The notes beneath the pieces are model-generated. The model searched no databases. It worked only from the letters and a program-made list of their open reading frames with translations, and was not told the origin of the DNA. The translations under genes were made by a program, and so were the position numbers. From the IMG/VR virus record IMGVR_UViG_650716067_000001: DNA of 64,000 nt; one strand, given 5' to 3'. Below, piece by piece: positions 9,376 through 17,707 of the stretch. The stretch is from a virus. Within the stretch, counting starts at the first letter, position 1, and every line of letters starts with the position of its first letter.

Positions 9376-10352
9376 TCGATGCTGAATTCAGCTTGCGATT
9401 CCGCTATTTCGCGCGCACGAATCTTGGCTTGCTCTTCTGCTGATGGCTCGAATGATTCTTTTGATTGAATTTCTTCGGCTTTGATTTCTGGTTTGTCTTG
9501 TTCGATTTGTTGCTGCGTAGCTGGCTCATCTTTCAATATTTCGCCAGCTTCTGCATCAACAATATTTGACTCAATATCGCTGGATTCAGGTTTTGAAGGT
9601 TTCAGAGAATCAATATCAACAGAGTAGCCGCCGTGCCCGTCTGGTGAGGCATCTATTACCCTTGCATCCTGTATTTCTTCAACGGTTTGCAAACCCATTA
9701 GCAATTCGGGCGCGTAGAGTTTCCCGAAGAAACTAGCTGTGCGGTAGCGAAGCATGACTTCATCCATGGTTTTCCATTTGCTGCCGTTCTTGCTATACCA
9801 GCCTTCTTGAACCGCCATTTCAATAGTGACCGGAGGGGACTCTATGCGCTCACCAGTACCTTTCTCAATCGCCCATGCGACACATACTTTGTCTTGAATT
9901 TTTTCGGTTATAGTTTTGGTTTTCTTTTCTCGGTTTTCCCAATAGGTTGAAACATAGTCGACTGATTTTTTACCAATCTGCTTAATATCGAATCGCAGAG
10001 GCGAGAATCTTCCACAGCCATTGATTGCAGCGATAATCCATTGCGATGACCAGCTTGGCCTTCCTTCAACCACATAAAGGTTTTGCATTACCATCAGCGG
10101 ATCAGCATTCATTCGATGCGACATATTGAGCGCTACAACACAATTGGCCAGAGCGTTAGGATTCGGTCCTTTCTTTTCATCATTTGCACGATAGGCAGCA
10201 GGAACTAATGTGCTGGTTATCAGTAGTTTTGCTGTGCGTTGCATCAGCTCGAAAGATTGCAGCGATCCGAATCCTGGTGTTATTTCAGGCATCCTAGATT
10301 CTGCAGGTTGTGGGGTTTTTAAATCCCCAAGTTTTGCCGTTGTTTCATTCAT
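9372..10352 (-). CDS. RecT-like single-strand annealing protein
   Basis: ANCVVALNMSHRMNADPLMVMQNLYVVEGRPSWSSQ; MLRYRTASFFG; acidic C-terminus; adjacent to exonuclease. Confidence 0.7.
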   Translation of the reverse strand: MNETTAKLGDLKTPQPAESRMPEITPGFGSLQSFELMQRTAKLLITSTLVPAAYRANDEKKGPNPNALANCVVALNMSHRMNADPLMVMQNLYVVEGRPSWSSQWIIAAINGCGRFSPLRFDIKQIGKKSVDYVSTYWENREKKTKTITEKIQDKVCVAWAIEKGTGERIESPPVTIEMAVQEGWYSKNGSKWKTMDEVMLRYRTASFFGKLYAPELLMGLQTVEEIQDARVIDASPDGHGGYSVDIDSLKPSKPESSDIESNIVDAEAGEILKDEPATQQQIEQDKPEIKAEEIQSKESFEPSAEEQAKIRAREIAESQAEFSID

Positions 10353-10357
10353 CTAAT

Positions 10358-11173
10358 TTAATCTCCTTTAAAAATGCATTTTTTCCATCGAGGACAATAT
10401 TTCACAGAACAGAGGGTCGATTTCGGATTTGGGTAAAACATGCCGCTCCGAAACATATTTGCAGCAAACTCAATCAACCCCTTATTGTTTTCATCCCCAA
10501 CCATGATCTGTTTCGCATTACCTATTACCCCGGTAGCTATTTCCGCCTTGCCCTTGGTTTTTAGTCCGATAATCTCAGCCTCAGAGGTTATTTGTTGCCC
10601 GGTCGTGTGTTCATACAGCAATTCATACGTGCCTATTTGCGCAGCATGACCCTTAGTTACTGCAACGCCGTTTTGAACAGAATTTCCACCGCTTTTTAAA
10701 TCCGCGATTCCGACACCCATAGAGGTTTTCTTAATCCTTGCTCTATCTAGCGTTCCTTTCAGCCTGATAACAACTCCGTTTCCGCAATCAATATCAAACT
10801 CCTTGGTATCCATTTCGATAGCCACAAAGTTGTATTTTGGTGACCATTTGGCGCAATACTCGGATACAAGAGATATCCCAATAAATTCCGCCTCTTTCAT
10901 AGTGATATCATCCTTGCCATGATCGAATTCATTTTCAGGATCGCGCAATTTATCCACCATTACGCCAGCAGCATCTATGATGCTCACACCAGAATCATCT
11001 AATCTGCTTTGATCAAACACCGCTGTTCCAGCATGAATTGCAGTACCCAGAGCAGCTCGCAGCCCGACTGTGTTGCGCATACCCAGCAAGTGGATTCCCT
11101 CCCATCTATACGCACAGTCAAAAAGACCTGGCCAAGAGGATGCTCGAACGGTTAATGACGGCTCGTTGCTCAT
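10358..11173 (-). CDS. PD-(D/E)XK RecB/Cas4-like exonuclease
   Basis: GTAIH, GTLDR...IADLKSG, QIGTYELL, terminal CSVKYCPRWKKC with N-terminal Cys. Confidence 0.85.
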   Translation of the reverse strand: MSNEPSLTVRASSWPGLFDCAYRWEGIHLLGMRNTVGLRAALGTAIHAGTAVFDQSRLDDSGVSIIDAAGVMVDKLRDPENEFDHGKDDITMKEAEFIGISLVSEYCAKWSPKYNFVAIEMDTKEFDIDCGNGVVIRLKGTLDRARIKKTSMGVGIADLKSGGNSVQNGVAVTKGHAAQIGTYELLYEHTTGQQITSEAEIIGLKTKGKAEIATGVIGNAKQIMVGDENNKGLIEFAANMFRSGMFYPNPKSTLCSVKYCPRWKKCIFKGD

Positions 11174-11266
11174 GTCGCAACCCTTGAGTATTCCCATGCT
11201 TTATTTGGCGAATATCCGCGCTTTAAGAACCAAGCAAAGTTACCAATGCGCCGCCAGAAACTTAAT

Positions 11267-11416
11267 TCACTGTGCAGAACCATGATCTTTATCCTCACAA
11301 AACTCGTATGTCTTACACCACCGTTCGTTTGCCTTATCAAAATCAATAAAGCTAACAACTGCAATCACCACGGCGATCCCGAATATCAGATGTTTGAAAC
11401 CTTTTAGTTCATTCAT
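11267..11416 (-). CDS. Small membrane protein, not in ORF track
   Basis: Own translation MNELKGFKHLIFGIAVVIAVVSFIDFDKANERWCKTYEFCEDKDHGSAQ. Confidence 0.45.
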   Translation of the reverse strand: MNELKGFKHLIFGIAVVIAVVSFIDFDKANERWCKTYEFCEDKDHGSAQ

Positions 11417-11730
11417 GGTTGCGCCCCTGTGTTGGAGATAACAATATTCACCGCGGAGTGATCATCACTATCTTCCATGGTCAGAATCATCACATCCAAA
11501 GCATTCACGTAGCCCTCAAGTGTCTTATGTTCGGTTGACCATGGATCAATCCTCCCCATTCTTTTAGTGAAAGCTGCCTGAACGTGCTTGAAAACAAGGA
11601 TGGCATTAGCTTTATGCTCACGGTCTTGCAGAACATCATCAAGAGCGCGTTCCAGGGCATCCCAAAGAATTTCGTTTTTTCGCTTCTCAATCGCGTCTGG
11701 CGAAAGGTTTGCATTCTCTGATAAGCTCAT
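11413..11730 (-). CDS. Hypothetical phage protein
   Basis: 105-aa ORF in operon. Confidence 0.55.
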   Translation of the reverse strand: MSLSENANLSPDAIEKRKNEILWDALERALDDVLQDREHKANAILVFKHVQAAFTKRMGRIDPWSTEHKTLEGYVNALDVMILTMEDSDDHSAVNIVISNTGAQP

Positions 11731-11873
11731 TTCAGCACCGCTACCTTGATGTATGGAGGCTCGCTGACCATTGCTAATGCATGCATCGTGGCTTCCATTG
11801 TTGATTTGAATAAACCCTCAATTGGGCTATGAATTTTGCTTGCAGTCCTGATTGTTATTACGCACTTGACCAT
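11727..11873 (-). CDS. Small hypothetical, first gene after PL
   Basis: Own translation MVKCVITIRTASKIHSPIEGLFKSTMEATMHALAMVSEPPYIKVAVLK; GGAG upstream; stop overlaps next start. Confidence 0.4.
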   Translation of the reverse strand: MVKCVITIRTASKIHSPIEGLFKSTMEATMHALAMVSEPPYIKVAVLK

Positions 11874-11945
11874 TTTTACTCGCTCCGTATGGTTGCTTGA
11901 TCAACTCACCAGCGCTTACGACTTATGGGGTGTTGATGAGATTAT

Positions 11946-11986
11946 TACACCATACGGTGTACATTAAGTCAACACCAAATGGTGAA
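11946..11986 (-). promoter_or_regulatory. PL promoter with two 16-bp operators (OL)
   Basis: TACACCATACGGTGTA 11946-11961 and AACACCAAATGGTGAA 11971-11986; TTGACT on minus strand between them. Confidence 0.8.
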
Positions 11987-12017
11987 TATTTTTTCTTACG
12001 CCTGAATTTTTGGCAAT

Positions 12018-12039
12018 AAAAAACCCGCCTGAGCGGGTT
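12018..12039 (-). terminator. Intrinsic terminator ending the cI/PEP-CTERM/J-domain transcript
   Basis: AACCCGC-ctga-GCGGGTT hairpin with U-tract on minus strand. Confidence 0.75.
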
Positions 12040-12067
12040 CTGTGGTGCGTGTAGAGCGATTAATTAC

Positions 12068-13153
12068 TTATTCATCGTCACACATATCAAGTAAAAAATC
12101 ACGCGCAGACCTGCATTGGATGAAATCTTTATTACTCCCACCTTTGTCAGGGTGAGTAATGAATGATTTCTTAACAAAAGCTTTTTTAATAACAGAAATA
12201 GTTGTTGGCCACGCATCAATTCCCAATACTTTCATAGCCCAATCAATATCATTGGATGGAAGTTCAATAACGATATTTTCTTCTAAATCATTTAACCTGC
12301 ATTTCCATCGGCGTTTTTTTACAGTTTGCTCTGAGTAGAAAGTAGCGTGTGATGGTCTGTGGTAATACTCTCCATCCCGCTCAAATATTTCTCTATCGAG
12401 AATACGCATGTAAATGATTCTTGCCTGCCACCCTTGACGCAAATAAGCCTTGCCAAAAAATGGATAGGAATCAATAAAAACATACTTATCAGTCACTTTT
12501 ATAATGCGATGACGTTGCCAGTTTTTCTTATTGGTTGAATAATCCTGTTCGTTATGATCTGCGTGAACAAATTCAATCTTTGATACGAAATCATCCGTGT
12601 TGCATGGAATAGCGCCAATTTTTCGCATAGCTTCGCGCTTGCGGATATAGCTGCGAATGAATTCACCGTTTGATTCTGCAGCGAATGGATTGTTATTGCC
12701 GTATTCCAGTATTATTTCAGTGATAGACGATGGATCAATATGGTCCGAATAAAAAGCCGGTTCCGCGCCCATCAGGTAATGGATGCGATTATGCCAAGCT
12801 GCCAGCGCGTAATCGCCAGATTGTCTTTTTAGTTTGGAAACTATCGGTGTGTTACAGGAAATGAACTCTCTTAAAGCCGTATTAGCTTGATTGCGGCTAT
12901 TTGTGTCAACATTTGTGAAGCCGAATTGGGTAGCAAAGTGAATCGCCTCACCTAATGTTCTAGCGGTACCTGATAATAATGGCGGATGATTGATTAGCTG
13001 CGTAACACCAATAGCCCATAAATACAACGTGTGGGATGTTGAAGCAAGTATCTGATGAGGGTTTGCGCCCTCATTGGTCTTGATATGATGCAGGTAAGGG
13101 CATGCTGCTGCATAAAGCGGTGTGACGGCGAAATTAACGAATTCCGGGTTCAC
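12068..13153 (-). CDS. Protein with C-terminal J-domain
   Basis: VLGIDAWPTTISVIKKAFVKKSFITHPDKGGSNKDF; HPD motif. Confidence 0.75.
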   Translation of the reverse strand: MNPEFVNFAVTPLYAAACPYLHHIKTNEGANPHQILASTSHTLYLWAIGVTQLINHPPLLSGTARTLGEAIHFATQFGFTNVDTNSRNQANTALREFISCNTPIVSKLKRQSGDYALAAWHNRIHYLMGAEPAFYSDHIDPSSITEIILEYGNNNPFAAESNGEFIRSYIRKREAMRKIGAIPCNTDDFVSKIEFVHADHNEQDYSTNKKNWQRHRIIKVTDKYVFIDSYPFFGKAYLRQGWQARIIYMRILDREIFERDGEYYHRPSHATFYSEQTVKKRRWKCRLNDLEENIVIELPSNDIDWAMKVLGIDAWPTTISVIKKAFVKKSFITHPDKGGSNKDFIQCRSARDFLLDMCDDE

Positions 13154-13174
13154 TTACCTGCATTTATTGTAAAG

Positions 13175-13951
13175 TTATTCTGTTAATGATCTTCTGCGGC
13201 GTGCCATGAACCCAATCAAACCAAGCCCCGCCAGTAGCATTGCGTATGTTTCCGGCTCTGGAACCTGTGATACTGGATCAGGGTCAGGAATAATAACTGG
13301 TGGCGGCAGTGTTACGTTAATATTATCTATCGCAAGGAAATTAGTGCTGTCTTTGGTGATTGTTACGCTCGCAAGATTGGTGAATCCGGTGAGGTCGTGG
13401 TGGGTGAAGTCATTCCCAATCTGAATGTCGCTATTAAGAGCGGTGGAATCAAGTCCAAAAGATTGGCTAATTGAGCCACCACCAACAAAATTACCTGTAA
13501 TAGTAGTCTCAGTTTCGCCATAACCAGCCTGCCACATAACCAAATCCAAGGAATTTAGTGAAAATGGTTCGTTGCTGGCAAGACTGAATGTCAATGAGGG
13601 TGAAAACATCGCGTAATCCGTCCCGTTCCAAGCTGTTAAGAACGTATCAATCACAGACCCAGACAGCCCCGTATTGCTGCCCCAATTCTGCATATCAACC
13701 ATATACAATGCATTGTCTATACTTATTGATGAATTAAGGTTAGTTCCAATGCTGGTAAACTTAAATCCATCAATATTGGCTACCGAGCTATTGGTGAACA
13801 CGGTTACAAAGCTATCGTGACGGCTTATGTCCTCTCCGAGCATGTGACTTCCTGCCAGTCCGTCAAAAGTGATTAATTCCGCTGAGACATTTGATACCAA
13901 TCCGATTGTTAAAACACCGGCTATTGATGCTGCAATTAGTTTTTTCTTCAT
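13175..13951 (-). CDS. PEP-CTERM sorting-domain surface protein
   Basis: Signal peptide MKKKLIAASIAGVL..VSA; C-terminal VPEPETYAMLLAGLGLIGFMARRRR. Confidence 0.93.
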   Translation of the reverse strand: MKKKLIAASIAGVLTIGLVSNVSAELITFDGLAGSHMLGEDISRHDSFVTVFTNSSVANIDGFKFTSIGTNLNSSISIDNALYMVDMQNWGSNTGLSGSVIDTFLTAWNGTDYAMFSPSLTFSLASNEPFSLNSLDLVMWQAGYGETETTITGNFVGGGSISQSFGLDSTALNSDIQIGNDFTHHDLTGFTNLASVTITKDSTNFLAIDNINVTLPPPVIIPDPDPVSQVPEPETYAMLLAGLGLIGFMARRRRSLTE

Positions 13952-14047
13952 TTTTATTATCCTTTTCTAGCCTTGCATTTGCATTCTTCCATTTCACACC
14001 AGGCATTGATGTAAATAACGTTAATTTTTAACTGATCAATTGTTTCG

Positions 14048-14410
14048 TTATTTATTATTTCCATTAATGGCTGGTTCTTTGTCTTGTTCAACCTCCTCAT
14101 CAAGAAAGTTTCTCAATGATGTTCTCTTTTTTGGAGGCAACTTAACCATCAGTCGCATCAACTGCAAAAGCTCTTTGTCGTCTACATTTAAAGTAATCGT
14201 GTTGTCATCTTGATCGAAAAATCCATTAGGTACTTTGGGTTCAGAGACATCCTCCATTGCCCTTGCGACCTTCTCGCCAAAAGACTTTCTTCCAGCCAGC
14301 ATGTCATTAATTTGCCGATCTGGTTTCTTGAATCTTTTCGCGACAACACTCAGTCCTAGCGCATCAACCATCGCTTGTAGTTTTGCTCTGCGGATATCTT
14401 GTATAGCCAT
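14048..14410 (-). CDS. CI-like repressor, short, no peptidase domain
   Basis: IRRAKLQAMVDALGLSVVAKRFKKPDRQINDMLAGRKSFGEKVARAME; divergent from cro. Confidence 0.8.
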   Translation of the reverse strand: MAIQDIRRAKLQAMVDALGLSVVAKRFKKPDRQINDMLAGRKSFGEKVARAMEDVSEPKVPNGFFDQDDNTITLNVDDKELLQLMRLMVKLPPKKRTSLRNFLDEEVEQDKEPAINGNNK

Positions 14411-14445
14411 ATCTGCATTACAACAAGTAATCATCATTTGGTAAA

Positions 14446-14490
14446 TTCACTATTTGGTGTTGACAAACAGTACACCGTACGGTGTATACT
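14446..14490 (+). promoter_or_regulatory. PR promoter with two 16-bp operators (OR)
   Basis: TTCACTATTTGGTGTT 14446-14461; perfect palindrome TACACCGTACGGTGTA 14471-14486; TTGACA 14460 and TATACT 14485. Confidence 0.85.
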
Positions 14491-14497
14491 GTGCAGC

Positions 14498-14752
14498 ATG
14501 AAATTAAAAATATATATCCAGTCGTTATCAGTAAACGAAAGAGTCGTTTTCGCTGAAAACTGCGAGACAACACTCAAGCATCTCAGGAACGTTGCATACG
14601 GATACAAGATTGCCGGAGAAAATCTATGCATAAATATAGAGCGCGAATCTAAAGGTGCAGTTAGGTGCGAAGAATTGCGAACAGATGTTGATTGGGGGTT
14701 CTTGCGAGGAACAAGCAAGCAAGCCCAAACAAACTCAAAAGATGCGGCATGA
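14498..14752 (+). CDS. Cro/YdaS-like repressor
   Basis: FAENCETTLKHLRNVAYGYK...CINIERESKGAVRCEELRTDVDWGFLRG. Confidence 0.85.
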   Translation: MKLKIYIQSLSVNERVVFAENCETTLKHLRNVAYGYKIAGENLCINIERESKGAVRCEELRTDVDWGFLRGTSKQAQTNSKDAA

Positions 14753-14793
14753 TTTTTCATCATCCTAGTTTAGAAAAAATATTGAGGTAAGTC

Positions 14794-15393
14794 ATGCAAC
14801 ATAAATCACATAAAAGATCGTGGATTTCAGTTGTTTCTGACCATGTTGAAGGGTGGAAATCGGCAAATAAGTGGAGTCGTGAAACTACTGCAGAAGCGAT
14901 AGTGAACAAATACCATGAGATTTATCCAAATGGATTGCCTGGGGTAGAAGAGTTCTCAAATCACCCTGACATGTTCACGCGCAACCGGGTAAATGCAACG
15001 CGCATATTCCGCTGGCTTGATGACCGCACAAAAGATAAGAATTTCCTTGATTCAAACTTTCTATCAGTGATCCTGCAAGCATTGCCGGATGGCATTCGAT
15101 TGCACTGTTTGAATGAAATGTTGCGACCAATGGATATCGTTGCAGGCTCAGTAGAGCAACAAGGAATAATTTCTCAAGATAAACCAATTTCACACCTTAA
15201 ATCATTGATAAAAGAAAGCGCGGAAGCTTGCCACGCAATTACTGATCTCATTGACGGAGAAACTTACGATGAGTTGGTTAAAGCGCAGCAAGAGCTAATA
15301 GATTTGGAAAGAAGCGTCAAGGATGCCAGAGCATTAGTTGATTCAAAACTTTCTGCCTTGAATGTTAAATCAATCAATGCAGCAAAAAATTAA
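14794..15393 (+). CDS. CII/YdaT-like regulator
   Basis: Immediately after cro; RVNATRIFRWLDD...ILQALP; helical C-terminus. Confidence 0.55.
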   Translation: MQHKSHKRSWISVVSDHVEGWKSANKWSRETTAEAIVNKYHEIYPNGLPGVEEFSNHPDMFTRNRVNATRIFRWLDDRTKDKNFLDSNFLSVILQALPDGIRLHCLNEMLRPMDIVAGSVEQQGIISQDKPISHLKSLIKESAEACHAITDLIDGETYDELVKAQQELIDLERSVKDARALVDSKLSALNVKSINAAKN

Positions 15394-15504
15394 CAGAATT
15401 CATGAACTCACTAGACCATGAATAAACCTCTTAACCCAAGTGCTGGAAACAGCATCAAGACGATACGAGATATCGGTGGAGTGTTGAATTGGGTTTCATA
15501 CACA

Positions 15505-15570
15505 AGGGCTGCAAAAAGATTGGCACATTATCCTTTATGTGCGCAGGTTCGATTCCTGCCAGCTCTTCCC
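15505..15570 (+). ncRNA. D-arm-less tRNA-like structure
   Basis: Acceptor AGGGCTG/CAGCTCT, T-arm GCAGG-TTCGATT-CCTGC, stem GCACAT/ATGTGC. Confidence 0.55.
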
Positions 15571-15583
15571 GGTTTTACAGCAG

Positions 15584-15629
15584 CCCAGTGCGCTTTGTTC
15601 CCTCCCTTGTTTGGCGCACTGGGTTTTTT
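15584..15629 (+). terminator. Intrinsic terminator upstream of replication gene
   Basis: CCCAGTGCGC...GCGCACTGGG followed by TTTTTT. Confidence 0.7.
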
Positions 15630-15641
15630 ATTGTGGTTTAG

Positions 15642-16478
15642 ATGAGCATAAAAGTCATGTCATTAGTTTGGGATAACTTCAATCGCGGAGGAAGCGAGAA
15701 GTTAGCAATGCTCGCACTGGCTGATTGGTGTAATGATCAAGGCGGAAGCTTGCATCCATCTATTTCAGGTGTGGCAAAGAAAATCAATGTTAGCGAGTCT
15801 CAAGCACGAAGAATACTTCACAAATTTATTGAAGAGGGATTCTTAACTGTTGTTGCTAATCATCAAGGTGGCAATCCTGGTCAATCTCGGCATTACAGAA
15901 TTAATCTTGAAATGCTTTCAACCCCTTGCATGGATGCTACCCCTAGCACTGACGCTACCCCTTGCATGGATGCTACCCCTCGCGCCGATGCTACCCCTTG
16001 CATGGATGCGCGAGACCCCTTGCATGGATGCGCACTACCCCTAGCACCCATGCGCGAGACCCCTAGCACCCATGACACCCGAACCACCATTAACCATCAT
16101 ATAACCACCATAGAACCATCAGTACAGAAAATCACAAATTTTGATTTATTTTGGAATGCATACCCAAACAAAACTGGGAAGCAAGATGCTTTTAAAAAAT
16201 GGCAAAAAATTAAACCTCCATTGCAAAAAATACTTGCTGCATTGGAGTGGCAAAGAAATTCGCAGCAATGGCAGCAAGGATTCATACCAAACCCAGCAAC
16301 TTACTTAAATCAACACCGATGGGAAGATGAGCCAAAGCCGGATGCGTTAACGCAGATGACAGTAAAGCAGCAACAAGCATCAATCGCAGCAAGATCGATT
16401 TTTAGTAACGAAGTACAAGAAAAAGTTATTCATGGGGAGGTAATAGAGCGTGGAACCATTGCCAAGCAATTGGGTTGA
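15642..16478 (+). CDS. Replication initiator, lambda O-type with N-terminal wHTH
   Basis: MSIKVMSLVWD..EKLAMLALADWCNDQG; FDLFWNAYPNKTGKQDAFKKW; PNPATYLNQHRWEDE; internal iterons. Confidence 0.88.
   Translation: MSIKVMSLVWDNFNRGGSEKLAMLALADWCNDQGGSLHPSISGVAKKINVSESQARRILHKFIEEGFLTVVANHQGGNPGQSRHYRINLEMLSTPCMDATPSTDATPCMDATPRADATPCMDARDPLHGCALPLAPMRETPSTHDTRTTINHHITTIEPSVQKITNFDLFWNAYPNKTGKQDAFKKWQKIKPPLQKILAALEWQRNSQQWQQGFIPNPATYLNQHRWEDEPKPDALTQMTVKQQQASIAARSIFSNEVQEKVIHGEVIERGTIAKQLG
15921..16080 (+). repeat. Iteron array, probable replication origin
   Basis: ACCCCTTGCATGGATGC x4 interleaved with ACCCCTAGCAC variants at about 18-bp period; AT-rich tract follows. Confidence 0.85.
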
Positions 16479-17040
16479 TCAAATATTCAAACGTTTCCAC
16501 GGAAGGTTTGGTAATAGATTTCTTGCTGAATACTGCACCGGAATAATTTGTGCAGATGGTCAAGATATGGGTATTTCTAATGCGAAAAATGTATGGGGTG
16601 AAGAGCTTGCAGGATTTACTCCGGAAGAAATAAAGCGCGGCCTGTCAGCACAGTATCCATTCATGCCTGACTGCGATAAGTTCAAGCTGGCGTGCAGACC
16701 AACAATCGATTACGAGCAAGCTTTTGTTGAGGCCGTCGAGCAAATGCACCGGCGTAAAACCGGTAATGATGAATGGTCGAATCCGGCGATTTACTGGGCT
16801 GCTGCTGATATTGGCAACGATTTGAATAATCATCCATATCAATCGATCCGCGCCCGTTGGAAGTCAGCTTTCGATAAAGCAAGAGAGAAAATTTCTGATG
16901 GAAGGTTGCCTAGCACAGTGCCGGAAAGACTGGTCGCATTACCAGCGCCAGGGAAAGTAACTGTGTCGAGAGAAGAGTCAGCAAGAAGATTTGCCGAAGC
17001 CCACGCAATTCTCGACAAGAAAATAATTAACAAATCATAA
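16450..17040 (+). CDS. Replication protein P-like helicase loader
   Basis: Directly after O; WVDQIFKRFHGRFG..F...WGEELAGFTPEEIKRGL; WSNPAIYWAA. Confidence 0.7.
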   Translation: MEPLPSNWVDQIFKRFHGRFGNRFLAEYCTGIICADGQDMGISNAKNVWGEELAGFTPEEIKRGLSAQYPFMPDCDKFKLACRPTIDYEQAFVEAVEQMHRRKTGNDEWSNPAIYWAAADIGNDLNNHPYQSIRARWKSAFDKAREKISDGRLPSTVPERLVALPAPGKVTVSREESARRFAEAHAILDKKIINKS

Positions 17041-17059
17041 GTACATAAGAATGTGATTC

Positions 17060-17278
17060 GTGGATAAGCCTGCAGAAGATAAAACTAAGTACAGAAAACC
17101 GACAGTAAAAGAAGGTGCTGACTTTATCGAAATGTGTTTCACCAGAGAGTACAAATTTAGCTGCATAGCTTTTTGGCGAAGATTGTACGGTGATCAACTT
17201 GCAGATCAAATTCTGAATGAATTGAGAGCAAGGAAAAAGAAAAACAAAAAGGAGGACTTGATCATGCGACAGAGTTAA
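17060..17278 (+). CDS. Hypothetical phage protein
   Basis: 72-aa ORF. Confidence 0.55.
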   Translation: MDKPAEDKTKYRKPTVKEGADFIEMCFTREYKFSCIAFWRRLYGDQLADQILNELRARKKKNKKEDLIMRQS

Positions 17279-17352
17279 CAGACCAAAAGGCATAAACCAG
17301 AAAAGAGAACGCCGCTTTTAACCTGGCGGCGTAATTTGAATAGGATAAGAAA

Positions 17353-17703
17353 ATGATTCTCGAAAAAGAAGAAAAGGTAATTGTCACAGAAATCAAACCA
17401 ATGAGCGACTGCCCGGTTAGAAAGAAAGTGATGATCGAACATAATTTCAGCAAATACATGGAAGCTGGAATCTTGAGTCAAGATCGTGACCGTGTTTTTA
17501 TGCTTCATGGAGGCTTGTCAATCAATGTTGATGATTGTAATGGTTGGTTGCCATGTTTCTCTTATATTCCAGAATCAAAAGAGCCTGACAGAAGCCAGCC
17601 GCCGTGTGTTGAGTGTGGTGCTATGACAGTAAAAGAAGCTGAAGAAAAATGCACTTGTAATGCAGAGAAAGATTGCTGTCACGGCAATGAGTTGTGGGGA
17701 TGA
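17353..17703 (+). CDS. Hypothetical phage protein
   Basis: 116-aa ORF with Cys-rich C-terminus. Confidence 0.55.
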   Translation: MILEKEEKVIVTEIKPMSDCPVRKKVMIEHNFSKYMEAGILSQDRDRVFMLHGGLSINVDDCNGWLPCFSYIPESKEPDRSQPPCVECGAMTVKEAEEKCTCNAEKDCCHGNELWG

Positions 17704-17707
17704 TTGT

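Noticed and set aside
15505-15570. Functional tRNA gene
   Set aside because: No D-arm, 8-nt loop with no assignable anticodon, no variable region, no CCA; kept only as tRNA-like
15418-15645. 75-aa ORF as a real gene
   Set aside because: Spans the tRNA-like fold and terminator, no recognisable motif
15921-16080. CRISPR array or DGR repeat
   Set aside because: Short contiguous units without unique spacers, in frame inside gene O; no cas or reverse transcriptase gene. The Cas4-like nuclease belongs to the recombination module.
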